In this document: piece after piece, positions 1 through 19,139 of the stretch
Numbering within the stretch: the stretch's first letter is position 1
Layout: each line of letters opens with the position of its first letter
NCBI GenBank assembly: GCA_009914755.4
Contig: CP068257.2
Location: 9,376,001-9,440,000 of the forward strand
Source of the DNA: the human T2T-CHM13v2.0 reference genome, Homo sapiens
Length of the DNA: 64,000 nt
Reading direction: 5' to 3'
Notes under the pieces: model-generated
What the model was told of the DNA's origin: nothing
Seen by the model: the letters and a program-made list of their open reading frames with translations, nothing else
The model's database searches: none
Position numbers and translations under genes: made by a program

Positions 1-776
<776 letters not shown>

Positions 777-826
777 CTAAGACAACCGTGGGAACCACTG
801 TGACGGGAGAAACCGCTCGCGCCTAG

Positions 827-2232
<1,406 letters not shown>

Positions 2233-3639
2233 CGCATGCGCATTGGCTGAGCCGACTCACGCTCCACTCCTGACAGATAGGCTGCGTCCCCTTTAAATAT
2301 CGCCACCGCCGCGCGGCGGCCGCGATGCTCCTGCTGCCGCCCCGGCGTCGGCTGTGTCCTGGGTCCTGTTTGGGGCGGCGTGGGAGCGGGGGCCGCGGGG
2401 GTCTCGTCGTGTCACAGGCCCAAACCCCCAGGGCTCCTGTCCTCAGGACCTGCTTGAGCCGATTTCCAGCGAGGGAGGGGGAGCTTCAGGACGCCTGCTG
2501 TGTGCTCCGGACTCCCGTTGAGATCCCATTCTGGCCCCCTCCGAGTGACATAGGATGGGCTCACCACATGTGGTCAGGCCGGCAGGGCCTCGCTGCAGCA
2601 CACAATGACCCCATAGGTCTCAAGGCCTAGTGTCAGAGCAAATTCACCGATCCATCACCCCTCTGCCTCCTTCCTCCTTTGAAAGAGCAGTGGCCTGCCC
2701 CGCTTGTAAAAGCCCAGGGGTTCCGGAAAGCCGAACGCGCTTTACAGGACAACTGCAAAGAGGAACAGAGGCGAAACCCAGGGGGAGACCATGTGACCAC
2801 GCGTGGCACTGGCCAATCCCACAGCAGTTGGTGTTAATGTATGTCACCGGAGGCATACGGGGCGACGGCGAAACGAAGGGTGGGGTCCAGGCATATGCCG
2901 GTGGAAGGGGCAAACGGGTGACATTTCCGTCAATGCCAAGGAAAATCAAACAACACCTGGGAACCGTGGGGTAGGGGGGCTTCCTGTGCCTGACCTAAGC
3001 CACGTTTTCAAATGCCTACCAGAGGAGCAAAGAGGTTTCTGCCAATTTCGCAACACCCCCAATCCTCCACCGACCTGGTAGCCCTGACGCAACTTCGGCT
3101 GGTACAAACCCACAGAGAGTGGGAAAGAAACACACAGAGAGTGAGAGACAGAGAGAGAAGAGAGAATGGGAGACACACACAGACACACACGCACACACAC
3201 GCAGAGTCATACAGCAGAGGCATTGAAACACACACTCCCAGGCAACCCCTGAGGATCCGGGGTTCTGCTCTGGAGGAGAACGACCCTCGGGTGAGAGAGC
3301 GGCCCAGGAGCACGCAGGCCGACCAGTCCTCGAGATCACTGACCGCGGCGCGACTTTTGGCGAGACTCACCCCAACAAACACCGTCCGTGCAGGCCTGAG
3401 GCTGGGATCCCGTGCTGCTTCCCCGGTCTCCACCTGGGGTTTCATCTTCATAGTCGGCCCTTTGCGACTGCTGGCATCAGGAGAGTTTCCCTTCGAGCCC
3501 GTGGAGAGGTGAGACCGGAGCCTCAGAGCCTCGATATCCAAGCACTGCCACGGAGGGCTCCTGCTCTGCAAAGCCTCGGGGACTGGTTTCTAAGACAACC
3601 GTGGGAACCACTGTGACCGGAGAAACCGCTGGGGCCTCG
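2233..3639. repeat. Satellite monomer m2 (1407 bp; variant a)
   Basis: Anchor-to-anchor spacing; variant signature 'caaattcaccgatccatcacccctctgcctccttcc'. Confidence 0.9.
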
Positions 3640-3706
3640 CGCATGCGCATTGGCTGAGCCGACTCACGCTCCACTCCTGACAGATAGGCTGCGTCCCCTT
3701 TAAATA
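3639..3706 (+). promoter_or_regulatory. Promoter-like motif cluster (representative, monomer m3): NRF-1-like palindrome GCGCATGCGC (3639-3648), inverted CCAAT/NF-Y-type ATTGG (3649-3653), TATA-like TTTAAATA (3699-3706). It recurs in every monomer at anchor-1 to anchor+66.
   Basis: The motifs are read directly from the sequence. The spacing (CCAAT about 50 bp upstream of TATA) fits a + strand Pol II core promoter. Function is inferred, not shown. Confidence 0.35.
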
Positions 3707-4203
3707 TTGCCACCGCCACGCGGCGGCCGCGATACTCCTGCTGCCGCCGCGGCAGCGGCTGTGTCCTGGGTCCTGTTTGGGGTGGCATGGGAGAGGGGAC
3801 CGCGGGTGTCTCGTCCTGTCCCAGGCCCAAACCCCCAGGGCTCCTGTCCTCAGGACCTGCTTGAGCCGACTTCCACCAAGGGAGGGGGAGCTTCAGGACG
3901 CCTGCTGTGTTCTCTGGACTCCCGTTGAGATCCCATTCTGGCCCCCTCCGAGTGACATAGGATGGGCTCACCACATGTGATCAGGCCGGCAGGGCCTCGC
4001 TGCAGCACACAATGACCCCATAGGTCTCAAGGCCTAGTGTCAGAGCAAACTCACTCATCCATCAGCCCTCTGCCTCCCTCCTCCTTTGAAAGTGCAGTGG
4101 CCTGCCCCGCTTGTAAAAGCCCAGGGGTTCGGGAAAGCCGAACGCGCTTTACAGGACAACTGCAAAGAGGAACAGAGGCGAAACCCAGGGGGAGACCATG
4201 TGA

Positions 4204-4224
4204 CCACGCGTGGCACTGGCCAAT
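4204..4224. promoter_or_regulatory. 10-bp perfect palindrome CCACGCGTGG (4204-4213, contains CACGCGTG and an MluI site) next to a forward CCAAT box (GGCCAATCC, 4218-4226); representative, recurs every monomer
   Basis: Read from the sequence. Variant-e monomers (m7, m21) carry a 1-bp deletion (GGCAATCC) that destroys the CCAAT box. Confidence 0.3.
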
Positions 4225-4520
4225 CCCACAGCAGTTGGTGTTAATGTGTGTCACCGGAGGCATACGGGGCGACGGCGAAATGAAGGGTGGGGTCCAGGGA
4301 TATGCCGGTGGAAGGGGGAAACGGGTGACATTTCCGTCAACGCCAAGGAAAAACAAACAACACCTGGGAACCGTGGGGTAGGGGGGCCTCCTGTGCCTGA
4401 CCCAAGCCACGTTTTCAAATGCCTACCAGAGGAGCAAAGAGGTTTCGGCCAATTTCGCAACACCCCCAATCCTCCACCGACCTGGTAGCCCTGACGCAAC
4501 TTCGGCTGGTACAAACCCAC

Positions 4521-4642
4521 AGAGAGTGGGAAAGAAACACACAGAGAGTGAGAGACAGAGAGAGAAGAGAGAATGGGAGACACACACAGACACACACGCA
4601 CACACACGCAGAGTCATACAGCAGAGGCATTGAAACACACAC
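4521..4642. repeat. Compound imperfect microsatellite inside the monomer (representative, m3): purine tract (GAGAGTGAGAGACAGAGAGAGAAGAGAGAA) followed by (CA)n-rich tract; recurs every monomer with length polymorphism
   Basis: Read from the sequence. The CA tract length differs between variants (e.g. pure (AC)12 in m9 and m23). Confidence 0.9.
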
Positions 4643-5046
4643 TCCCAGGCAACCCCTGAGGATCCGGGGTTCTGCTCTGGAGGAGAACGACCCTCGGGTG
4701 AGAGAGCGGCCCAGGAGCACGCAGGCCGACCAGTCCTCGAGATCACTGACCGCGGCGCGACTTTTGGCGAGACTCACCCCAACAAACACCGTCCGTGCAG
4801 GCCTGAGGCTGGGATCCCGTGCTGCTTCCCCGGTCTCCACCTGGGGTTTCATCTTCATAGTCGGCCCTTTGCGACTGCTGGCATCAGGAGAGTTTCCCTT
4901 CGAGCCCGTGGAGAGGTGAGACCGGAGCCTCAGAGCCTCGATATCCAAGCACTGCCACGGAGGGCTCCTGCTCTGCAAAGCCTCGGGGACTGGTTTCTAA
5001 GACAACCGTGGGAACCACTGTGACCGGAGAAACCGCTGGGGCCTCG

Positions 5047-6455
<1,409 letters not shown>

Positions 6456-7869
6456 CGCATGCGCATTGGCTGAGCCGACTCACGCTCCACTCCTGACAGA
6501 TAGGCTGCGTCCCCTTTAAATATCGCCACCGCCGCGCGGCGGCAGCGATGCTCCTGCTGCCACCCCGGCAGCGCCTGTGTCCTGGGTCCTGTTTCAGGCG
6601 GCGTGGGAGAGGGGGCCACGGGTGTCTGTTCCTGTCCCAGGCCCAAACCCCCAGGGCTCCTGTCCTCAAGACCTGCTTGAGCCGACTTCCACCAAGGGAG
6701 GGGGAGCTTCAGGACGCCTGCTGTGTTCTCTGGACTCCCGTTGAGATCCCATTCTGCCCCCTCCGAGTGACATAGGATGGGCTCACCACACGTGATCAGG
6801 CCGGCAGGGCCTCGCTGCAGCACAAAATGATCCCATAGGTCTCAAGGCCTAGTGTCAGAGCAAATTCACTCATCCATCAGCCCTCTGCCTCCCTCCTCCT
6901 TTGAAAGAGCAGTGGCCTACCCCGCTTGTAAAAGCCCAGGGGTTCCGGAAAGCCGACTGTGCTTAACAGGACAACTGCAAAGAGGAAGAGTGGCGAAATC
7001 CAGGGGGAGACCATGTGACCACGCGTGGCACTGGCCAATCCCACAGCAGTTGGTGTTAACGTGTGACACCGGAGGCAAACGGGGCGACGGCGAAACGAAG
7101 GGTGGGGTCCATGCACGTGCCGGTGGAAGGGGGAAACGGCTGACCTTTCCGTCAATGCCAAGGAAAATCAAACAACACCTGGGACCCGGAGGGTGTGGGG
7201 GACGTCTGTGCCTGACCCAAGCCACGTTTTCAAATGCCTACCAGAGGAACAAAGATGTTTCTGCCAATTTTGCAACACCCCCAATCCTCCACCGACCTCG
7301 TAGCCCTGAAGCAACTTCGGCTGGCATAAACCCACAAAGAGTGGGAAAGAAACACACAGAGACTGAGAGACAGAGGGAGAAGAGAGAATGGGAGACAAAC
7401 ACACAGACACACACACACACACGCAGAGTCATACAGCAGAGGCATTGAAACACACACACCCAGGCAACCCCTGAGGCTCCGAGGCTCCGGGGTTCTGCTC
7501 TGGAGGAGAACGACCCTCGGGTGAGAGAGCAGCCCAGGGGCACGCAGGCCGACCCGTCCTCGAGATCACGGACAGCGGCGCGACTTTTGGCGAGACTCAC
7601 CCCAACAAACACCGTCCGTGCAGGCCTGAGGCTGGGATCCCGTGCTGCTTCCCCGGTCTCCACCTGGGGTTTCATCTTCATAGTCGGCCCTTTGCGACTG
7701 CTGGCATCAGGAGAGTTTCCCTTCGAGCCAGTGGAGAGGTGAGACCGGAGCCTCAGAGCCTCGATACCCAAGCACTGCCACGGAGGGCTCCTGCTCTGCA
7801 AAGCCTCGGGGACTGGTTTCTAAGACAACCGTGGGAACCACTGTGACCCGAGAAACCGCTGGGGCCTCG
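6456..7869. repeat. Satellite monomer m5 (1414 bp; variant c; carries 8-bp tandem duplication)
   Basis: Anchor-to-anchor spacing; extra 'gaggctcc' copy at 7481-7488. Confidence 0.9.
7473..7488. repeat. 8-bp tandem duplication GAGGCTCC x2 in m5 (its duplicate is in m19 at 27194-27209); this accounts for the 1414-bp monomer length
   Basis: Other monomers have a single GAGGCTCC at this position. Confidence 0.85.
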
Positions 7870-7936
7870 CGCATGCGCATTGGCTGAGCCGACTCACGCT
7901 CCACTCCTGACAGATAGGCTGCGTCCCCTTTAAATA
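7869..7936 (+). promoter_or_regulatory. Same promoter-like cluster in monomer m6: GCGCATGCGC 7869-7878, ATTGG 7879-7883, TTTAAATA 7929-7936. A CpG-dense segment follows, with a CTCF-like CCGCGCGGCGGCCG at 7946-7959.
   Basis: Read from the sequence; the motif consensi are established knowledge. Confidence 0.35.
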
Positions 7937-9276
7937 TCGCCACCGCCGCGCGGCGGCCGCGGTGCTCCTGCTGCCGCCCCGGCGTCGGCTGTGTCCTGGG
8001 TCCTGTTTGGGGCGGCGTGGGAGCGGGGGCCACGGGTATCTGGTCTTGTCCCAGGCCCAAACCCCCAGGGCTCCTGTCCTCAGGACCTGCTTGAGCCGAC
8101 TTCCACCAAGGGAGGGGGAGCTTCAGGACGCCTGCTGTGTTCTCTGGACTCCCGTTGAGATCCCATTCTGGCCCCCTCCGAGTGACATAGGATGGGCTCA
8201 CCACACGTGGTCAGGCCGGCAGGGCCTCGCTGCAGCACAAAATGATCCCATACGTCTCAAGGCCTAGTGTCAGAGCAAATTCACTCATACATCAGCCATC
8301 TGCCTCCCTCCTCCTTTGAAAGAGCAGTGGCCTACCCCGCTTGTAAAAGCCCAGGGGTTAAGGAAAGCCGACCGTGCTTAAAAGGACAACTGCAAAGAGG
8401 AAGAGAGGCGAAATCCAGGGGGAGACCATGTGACCACGCGTGGCACTGGCCAATCCCACAGCAGTTGGTGTTAACGTGTGACACCGGAGGCAAACGGGGC
8501 GACGGCGAAACGAAGGGTGGGGTCCATGCACGTGCCGGTGGAAGGGGGAAACGGGTGACCTTTCCATCAATGCCAAGGAAAATCAAACAACACCTGGGAC
8601 CCGGAGGGTGTGGGGGACGTCTGTGCCTGACCCAAGCCACGTTTTCAAATGCCTACCAGAGGAACAAAGATGTTTCTGCCAATTTCGCAACACCCCCAAT
8701 CCTCCACCGACCTCGTAGCCCTGAAGCAACTTCGGCTGGCACAAACCCACAAAGAGTGGGAAAGAAACACACAGAGACTGAGAGACAGAGGGAGAAGAGA
8801 GAATGGGAGACAAACACACAGACACACACACACACACGCAGAGTCATACAGCACAGTCATTGAAACACACACCCCCAGGCAACCCCTGAGGCTCGGGGGT
8901 TCTGCTCTGGAGGAGAACGACCCTCGGGTGAGAGAGCAGCCCAGGGGCACGCAGGCCGACCCGTCCTCGAGATCACGGACAGCGGCGCGACTTTTGGCGA
9001 GACTCACCCCAACAAACACCGTCCGTGCAGGCCTGAGGCTGGGATCCCGTGCTGCTTCCCCGGTCTCCACCTGGGGTTTCATCTTCATAGTCGGCCCTTT
9101 GCGACTGCTGGCATCAGGAGAGTTTCCCTTCGAGCCAGTGGAGAGGTGAGACCGGAGCCTCAGAGCCTCGATACCCAAGCACTGCCACGGAGGGCTCCTG
9201 CTCTGCAAAGCCTCGGGGACTGGTTTCTAAGACAACCGTGGGAACCACTGTGACCCGAGAAACCGCTGGGGCCTCG
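7870..9276. repeat. Satellite monomer m6 (1407 bp; variant d)
   Basis: Anchor-to-anchor spacing. Confidence 0.9.
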
Positions 9277-10687
<1,411 letters not shown>

Positions 10688-12096
10688 CGCATGCGCATTG
10701 GCTGAGCCGACTCACGCTCCACTCCTGACAGATAGGCTGCGTCCCCTTTAAATATCGCCATCGCCGCGCGGCGGCCGCGATGCTCCTGCTGCCGCCCCGG
10801 CGTCGGCTGTGTCCTGGGTCCTGTTTGGGGTGGCGTGGGAGCGGGGGCCGCGGGTGTCTCGTCGTGTCACAGGCCCAAACCCCCAGGGCTCCTGTCCTCA
10901 GGACCTACTTGAGCCGATTTCCAGCGAGGGAGGGGGAGCTTCAGGACGCCTGCTGTGTGCTCCGGACTCCCGTTGAAATCCCATTCTGGCCCCCTCCGAG
11001 TGACATAGGATGGGCTCACCACATCTGGTCAGGCCGGCAGGGCCTCGCTGCAGCACAGAATGACCCCATAGGTCTCAAGGCCTAGTGTCAGAGCAAATTC
11101 ACTCATCCATCAGCCCTCTGCCTCCCTCCTCCTTTGAAAGAGCAGTGGCCTGCCCCGCTTGTAAAAGCCCAGGGGTTCCGGAAAGCCGAACGCGCTTTAC
11201 AGGACAACTGCAAAGAGGAACAGAGGCGAAATCCAGGGGGAGACCATGTGACCACGCGTGGCACTGGCCAATCCCACAGCAGTTGGTGTTAATGTGTGTC
11301 ACCGGAGGCATACGGGGCGACGGCGAAACGAAGGGTGGGGTCCATGCACGTGCCGGTGGAAGGGGGAAACGGGTGACCTTTCCGTCAATGCCAAGGAAAA
11401 TCAAACAACACCTGGGACCCGGAGGGTGTGGGGGACGTCTGTGCCTGACCCAAGCCACGTTTCCAAATGCCTACCAGAGGAAGAAAGATGTTTCTGCCAA
11501 TTTCGCAACACCCCCAATCCTCCACCGACCTCGTAGCCCTGAAGCAACTTCGGCTGGCACAAACCCACAAAGAGTGGGAAAGAAACACACAGAGACTGAG
11601 AGACAGAGGGAGAAGAGAGAATGGGAGACACACACACAGAGACACACGCACACACACGCAGAGTCATACAGCAGAGGCATTGAAACACACACGCCCAGGC
11701 AACCCCTGAGGCTCCGGGGTTCTGCTCTGGAGGAGAACGACCCTCGGGTGAGAGAGCAGCCCAGGGGCACGCAGGCCGACCCGTCCTCGAGATCACAGAC
11801 AGCGGAAAGGCTTTTGGCGAGACTCACCCCAACCAACACCGTCCGTGCAGGCCTGAGGCTGGGATCCCGTGCTGCTTCCCCCGTCTCCACCTGGGGTTTC
11901 ATCTTCATAGTCGGCCCTTTGCGACTGCTGGCATCAGGAGAGTTTCCCTTCGAGCCCATGGAGAGGTGAGACCGGAGCCTCAGAGCCTCGATACCCAAGC
12001 ACTGCCACGGAGGGATCCTGCTCTGCAAAGCCTCGGGGACTGGTTTCTAAGACAACCGTGGGAACCACTGTGACCGGAGAAACCGCTGGGGCCTCG
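10688..12096. repeat. Satellite monomer m8 (1409 bp; variant f)
   Basis: Anchor-to-anchor spacing. Confidence 0.9.
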
Positions 12097-13510
<1,414 letters not shown>

Positions 13511-14917
13511 CGCATGCGCATTGGCTGAGCCGACTCACGCTCCACTCCTGACAGATAGGCTGCGTCCCCTTTAAATATCGCCACCGCCGCGCGGCGGCCG
13601 CGATGCTCCTGCTGCCGCCCCGGCGTCGGCTGTGTCCTGGGTCCTGCTTGGGGCGGCGTGGGAGCAGGGGCCGCGGGTGTCTCGTCGTGTCACAGGCCCA
13701 AACCCCCAGGGCTCCTGTCCTCAGGACCTGCTTGAGCCGATTTCCAGCGAGGGAGGGGGAGCTTCAGGACGCCTGCTGTGTGCTCCGGACTCCCGTTGAG
13801 ATCCCATTCTGGCCCCCTCCGAGTGACATAGGATGGGCTCACCACATCTGCTCAGGCCGGCAGGGCCTCGCTGCAGCACACAATGACCCCATAGGTCTCA
13901 AGGCCTAGTGTCAGAGCAAATTCACCGATCCATCACCCCTCTGCCTCCTTCCTCCTTTGAAAGAGCAGTGGCCTGCCCCGCTTGTAAAAGCCCAGGGGTT
14001 CCGGAAAGCCGAACGCGCTTTACAGGACAACTGCAAAGAGGAACAGAGGCGAAACCCAGGGGGAGACCATGTGACCACGCGTGGCACTGGCCAATCCCAC
14101 AGCAGTTGGTGTTAATGTATGTCACCGGAGGCATACGGGGCGACGGCGAAACGAAGGGTGGGGTCCAGGCATATGCCGGTGGAAGGGGCAAACGGGTGAC
14201 ATTTCCGTCAATGCCAAGGAAAATCAAACAACACCTGGGAACCGTGGGGTAGGGGGGCTTCCTGTGCCTGACCTAAGCCACGTTTTCAAATGCCTACCAG
14301 AGGAGCAAAGAGGTTTCTGCCAATTTCGCAACACCCCCAATCCTCCACCGACCTGGTAGCCCTGACGCAACTTCGGCTGGTACAAACCCACAGAGAGTGG
14401 GAAAGAAACACACAGAGAGTGAGAGACAGAGAGAGAAGAGAGAATGGGAGACACACACAGACACACACGCACACACACGCAGAGTCATACAGCAGAGGCA
14501 TTGAAACACACACTCCCAGGCAACCCCTGAGGATCCGGGGTTCTGCTCTGGAGGAGAACGACCCTCGGGTGAGAGAGCGGCCCAGGAGCACGCAGGCCGA
14601 CCAGTCCTCGAGATCACTGACCGCGGCGCGACTTTTGGCGAGACTCACCCCAACAAACACCGTCCGTGCAGGCCTGAGGCTGGGATCCCGTGCTGCTTCC
14701 CCGGTCTCCACCTGGGGTTTCATCTTCATAGTCGGCCCTTTGCGACTGCTGGCATCAGGAGAGTTTCCCTTCGAGCCCGTGGAGAGGTGAGACCGGAGCC
14801 TCAGAGCCTCGATATCCAAGCACTGCCACGGAGGGCTCCTGCTCTGCAAAGCCTCGGGGACTGGTTTCTAAGACAACGGTGGGAACCACTGTGACCGGAG
14901 AAACCGCTGGGGCCTCG
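13511..14917. repeat. Satellite monomer m10 (1407 bp; variant a)
   Basis: Anchor-to-anchor spacing. Confidence 0.9.
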
Positions 14918-16325
<1,408 letters not shown>

Positions 16326-17732
16326 CGCATGCGCATTGGCTGAGCCGACTCACGCTCCACTCCTGACAGATAGGCTGCGTCCCCTTTAAATATCGCCACC
16401 GCCGCGCGGCGGCCGCGATGCTCCTGCTGCCGCCCCGGCAGCGCCTGTGTCCTGGGTCCTGTTTCAGGCGGCGTGGGAGAGGGGGCCACGGGTGTCTGTT
16501 CCTGTCCCAGGCCCAAACCCCCAGGGCTCCTGTCCTCAAGACCTGCTTGAGCCGACTTCCACCAAGGGAGGGGGAGCTTCAGGACGCCTGCTGTGTTCTC
16601 TGGACTCCCGTTGAGATCCCATTCTGGCCCCCTCCGAGTGACATAGGATGGGCTCACCACACGTGATCAGGCCGGCAGGGCCTCGCTGCAGCACAAAATG
16701 ATCCCATAGGTCTCAAGGCCTAGTGTCAGAGCAAATTCACTCATCCATCAGCCCTCTGCCTCCCTCCTCCTTTGAAAGAGCAGTGGCCTACCCCGCTTGT
16801 AAAAACCCAGGGGTTCCGGAAAGCCGACTGTGCTTAACAGGACAACTGCAAAGAGGAAGAGTGGCGAAATCCAGGGGGAGACCATGTGACCACGCGTGGC
16901 ACTGGCCAATCCCACAGCAGTTGGTGTTAACGTGTGACACCGGAGGCAAACGGGGCGACGGCGAAACGAAGGGTGGGGTCCATGCACGTGCCGGTGGAAG
17001 GGGGAAACGGCTGACCTTTCCGTCAATGCCAAGGAAAATCAAACAACACCTGGGACCCGGAGGGTGTGGGGGACGTCTGTGCCTGACCCAAGCCACGTTT
17101 TCAAATGCCTACCAGAGGAACAAAGATGTTTCTGCCAATTTTGCAACACCCCCAATCCTCCACCGACCTCGTAGCCCTGAAGCAACTTCGGCTGGCACAA
17201 ACCCACAAAGAGTGGGAAAGAAACACACAGAGACTGAGAGACAGAGGGAGAAGAGAGAATGGGAGACAAACACACAGACACACACACACACACGCAGAGT
17301 CATACAGCAGAGGCATTGAAACACACACACCCAGGCAACCCCTGAGGCTCGGGGGTTCTGCTCTGGAGGAGAACGACCCTCGGGTGAGAGAGCAGCCCAG
17401 GGGCACGCAGGCCGACCCGTCCTCGACATCACGGACAGCGGCGCGACTTTTGGCGAGACTCACCCCAACAAACACCGTCCGTGCAGGCCTGAGGCTGGGA
17501 TCCCGTGCTGCTTCCCCGGTCTCCACCTGGGGTTTCATCTTCATAGTCGGCCCTTTGCGACTGCTGGCATCAGGAGAGTTTCCCTTCGAGCCCGTGGAGA
17601 GGTGAGACCGGAGCCTCAGAGCCTCGATACCCAAGCACTGCCACGGAGGGCTCCTGCTCTGCAAAGCCTCGGGGACTGGTTTCTAAGACAACCGTGGGAA
17701 CCACCGTGACCCGAGAAACCGCTGGGGCCTCG
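16326..17732. repeat. Satellite monomer m12 (1407 bp; variant c)
   Basis: Anchor-to-anchor spacing. Confidence 0.9.
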
Positions 17733-19139
17733 CGCATGCGCATTGGCTGAGCCGACTCACGCTCCACTCCTGACAGATAGGCTGCGTCCCCTTTAAATAT
17801 CGCCACCGCCGCGCGGCGGCCGCGGTGCTCCTGCTGCCGCCCCGGCGTCGGCTGTGTCCTGGGTCCTGTTTGGGGCGGCGTGGGAGCGGGGGCCACGGGT
17901 ATCTGGTCCTGTCCCAGGCCCAAACCCCCAGGGCTCCTGTCCTCAGGACCTGCTTGAGCCGACTTCCACCAAGGGAGGGGGAGCTTCAGGACGCCTGCTG
18001 TGTTCTCTGGACTCCCGTTGAGATCCCATTCTGGCCCCCTCCGAGTGACATAGGATGGGCTCACCACACGTGGTCAGGCCGGCAGGGCCTCGCTGCAGCA
18101 CAAAATGATCCCATACGTCTCAAGGCCTAGTGTCAGAGCAAATTCACTCATACATCAGCCATCTGCCTCCCTCCTCCTTTGAAAGAGCAGTGGCCTACCC
18201 CGCTTGTAAAAGCCCAGGGGTTCCGGAAAGCCGACCGTGCTTAAAAGGACAACTGCAAAGAGGAAGAGAGGCGAAATCCAGGGGGAGACCATGTGACCAC
18301 GCGTGGCACTGGCCAATCCCACAGCAGTTGGTGTTAACGTGTGACACCGGAGGCAAACGGGGCGACGGCGAAACGAAGGGTGGGGTCCATGCACGTGCCG
18401 GTGGAAGGGGGAAACGGGTGACCTTTCCATCAATGCCAAGGAAAATCAAACAACACCTGGGACCCGGAGGGTGTGGGGGACGTCTGTGCCTGACCCAAGC
18501 CACGTTTTCAAATGCCTACCAGAGGAACAAAGATGTTTCTGCCAATTTCGCAACACCCCCAATCCTCCACCGACCTCGTAGCCCTGAAGCAACTTCGGCT
18601 GGCACAAACCCACAAAGAGTGGGAAAGAAACACACAGAGACTGAGAGACAGAGGGAGAAGAGAGAATGGGAGACAAACACACAGACACACACACACACAC
18701 GCAGAGTCATACAGCACAGTCATTGAAACACACACCCCCAGGCAACCCCTGAGGCTCGGGGGTTCTGCTCTGGAGGAGAACGACCCTCGGGTGAGAGAGC
18801 AGCCCAGGGGCACGCAGGCCGACCCGTCCTCGAGATCACGGACAGCGGCGCGACTTTTGGCGAGACTCACCCCAACAAACACCGTCCGTGCAGGCCTGAG
18901 GCTGGGATCCCGTGCTGCTTCCCCGGTCTCCACCTGGGGTTTCATCTTCATAGTCGGCCCTTTGCGACTGCTGGCATCAGGAGAGTTTCCCTTCGAGCCC
19001 GTGGAGAGGTGAGACCGGAGCCTCAGAGCCTCGATACCCAAGCACTGCCACGGAGGGCTCCTGCTCTGCAAAGCCTCGGGGACTGGTTTCTAAGACAACC
19101 GTGGGAACCACCGTGACCCGAGAAACCGCTGGGGCCTCG
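17733..19139. repeat. Satellite monomer m13 (1407 bp; variant d)
   Basis: Anchor-to-anchor spacing; essentially identical to m14. Confidence 0.9.

Larger units (their letters stand above)
3640..5046. repeat. Satellite monomer m3 (1407 bp; variant b)
   Basis: Anchor-to-anchor spacing; the ATG of the common 101-aa ORF is ATA here. Confidence 0.9.

Noticed and set aside
4911-4920. Conserved GAGAGGTGAG(A/G)CCGGAG resembling a 5' splice donor (AG|GTGAG), hinting that the monomer derives from an exon-intron boundary of a gene
   Set aside because: This is a motif resemblance only. There is no conserved upstream ORF, no matching acceptor or poly(A) signal, and AGGTGAG occurs frequently by chance in GC-rich DNA. 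I kept it as a note, not a feature.
11085-11969. Long ORFs in the supplied track (e.g. 294 aa at 11085..11969 and 30806..31690; 236 aa at 15488..16198; 232 aa on the minus strand at 62018..62716) and the many 100-200-aa ORFs on both strands
   Set aside because: They recur only because the DNA is tandemly repeated. They overlap each other on both strands and in several frames. Many start at GTG. Their lengths change from copy to copy through frameshifts and stop or ATG-loss variants (e.g. ATG->ATA at 3735 or GTG at 7962 for the 101-aa ORF). Their composition is low-complexity (Cys/Val/His/Thr runs translated from (CA)n/(GA)n; Pro/Arg/Gly from GC-rich DNA). None resembles a protein family I recognise. 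No CDS is annotated.
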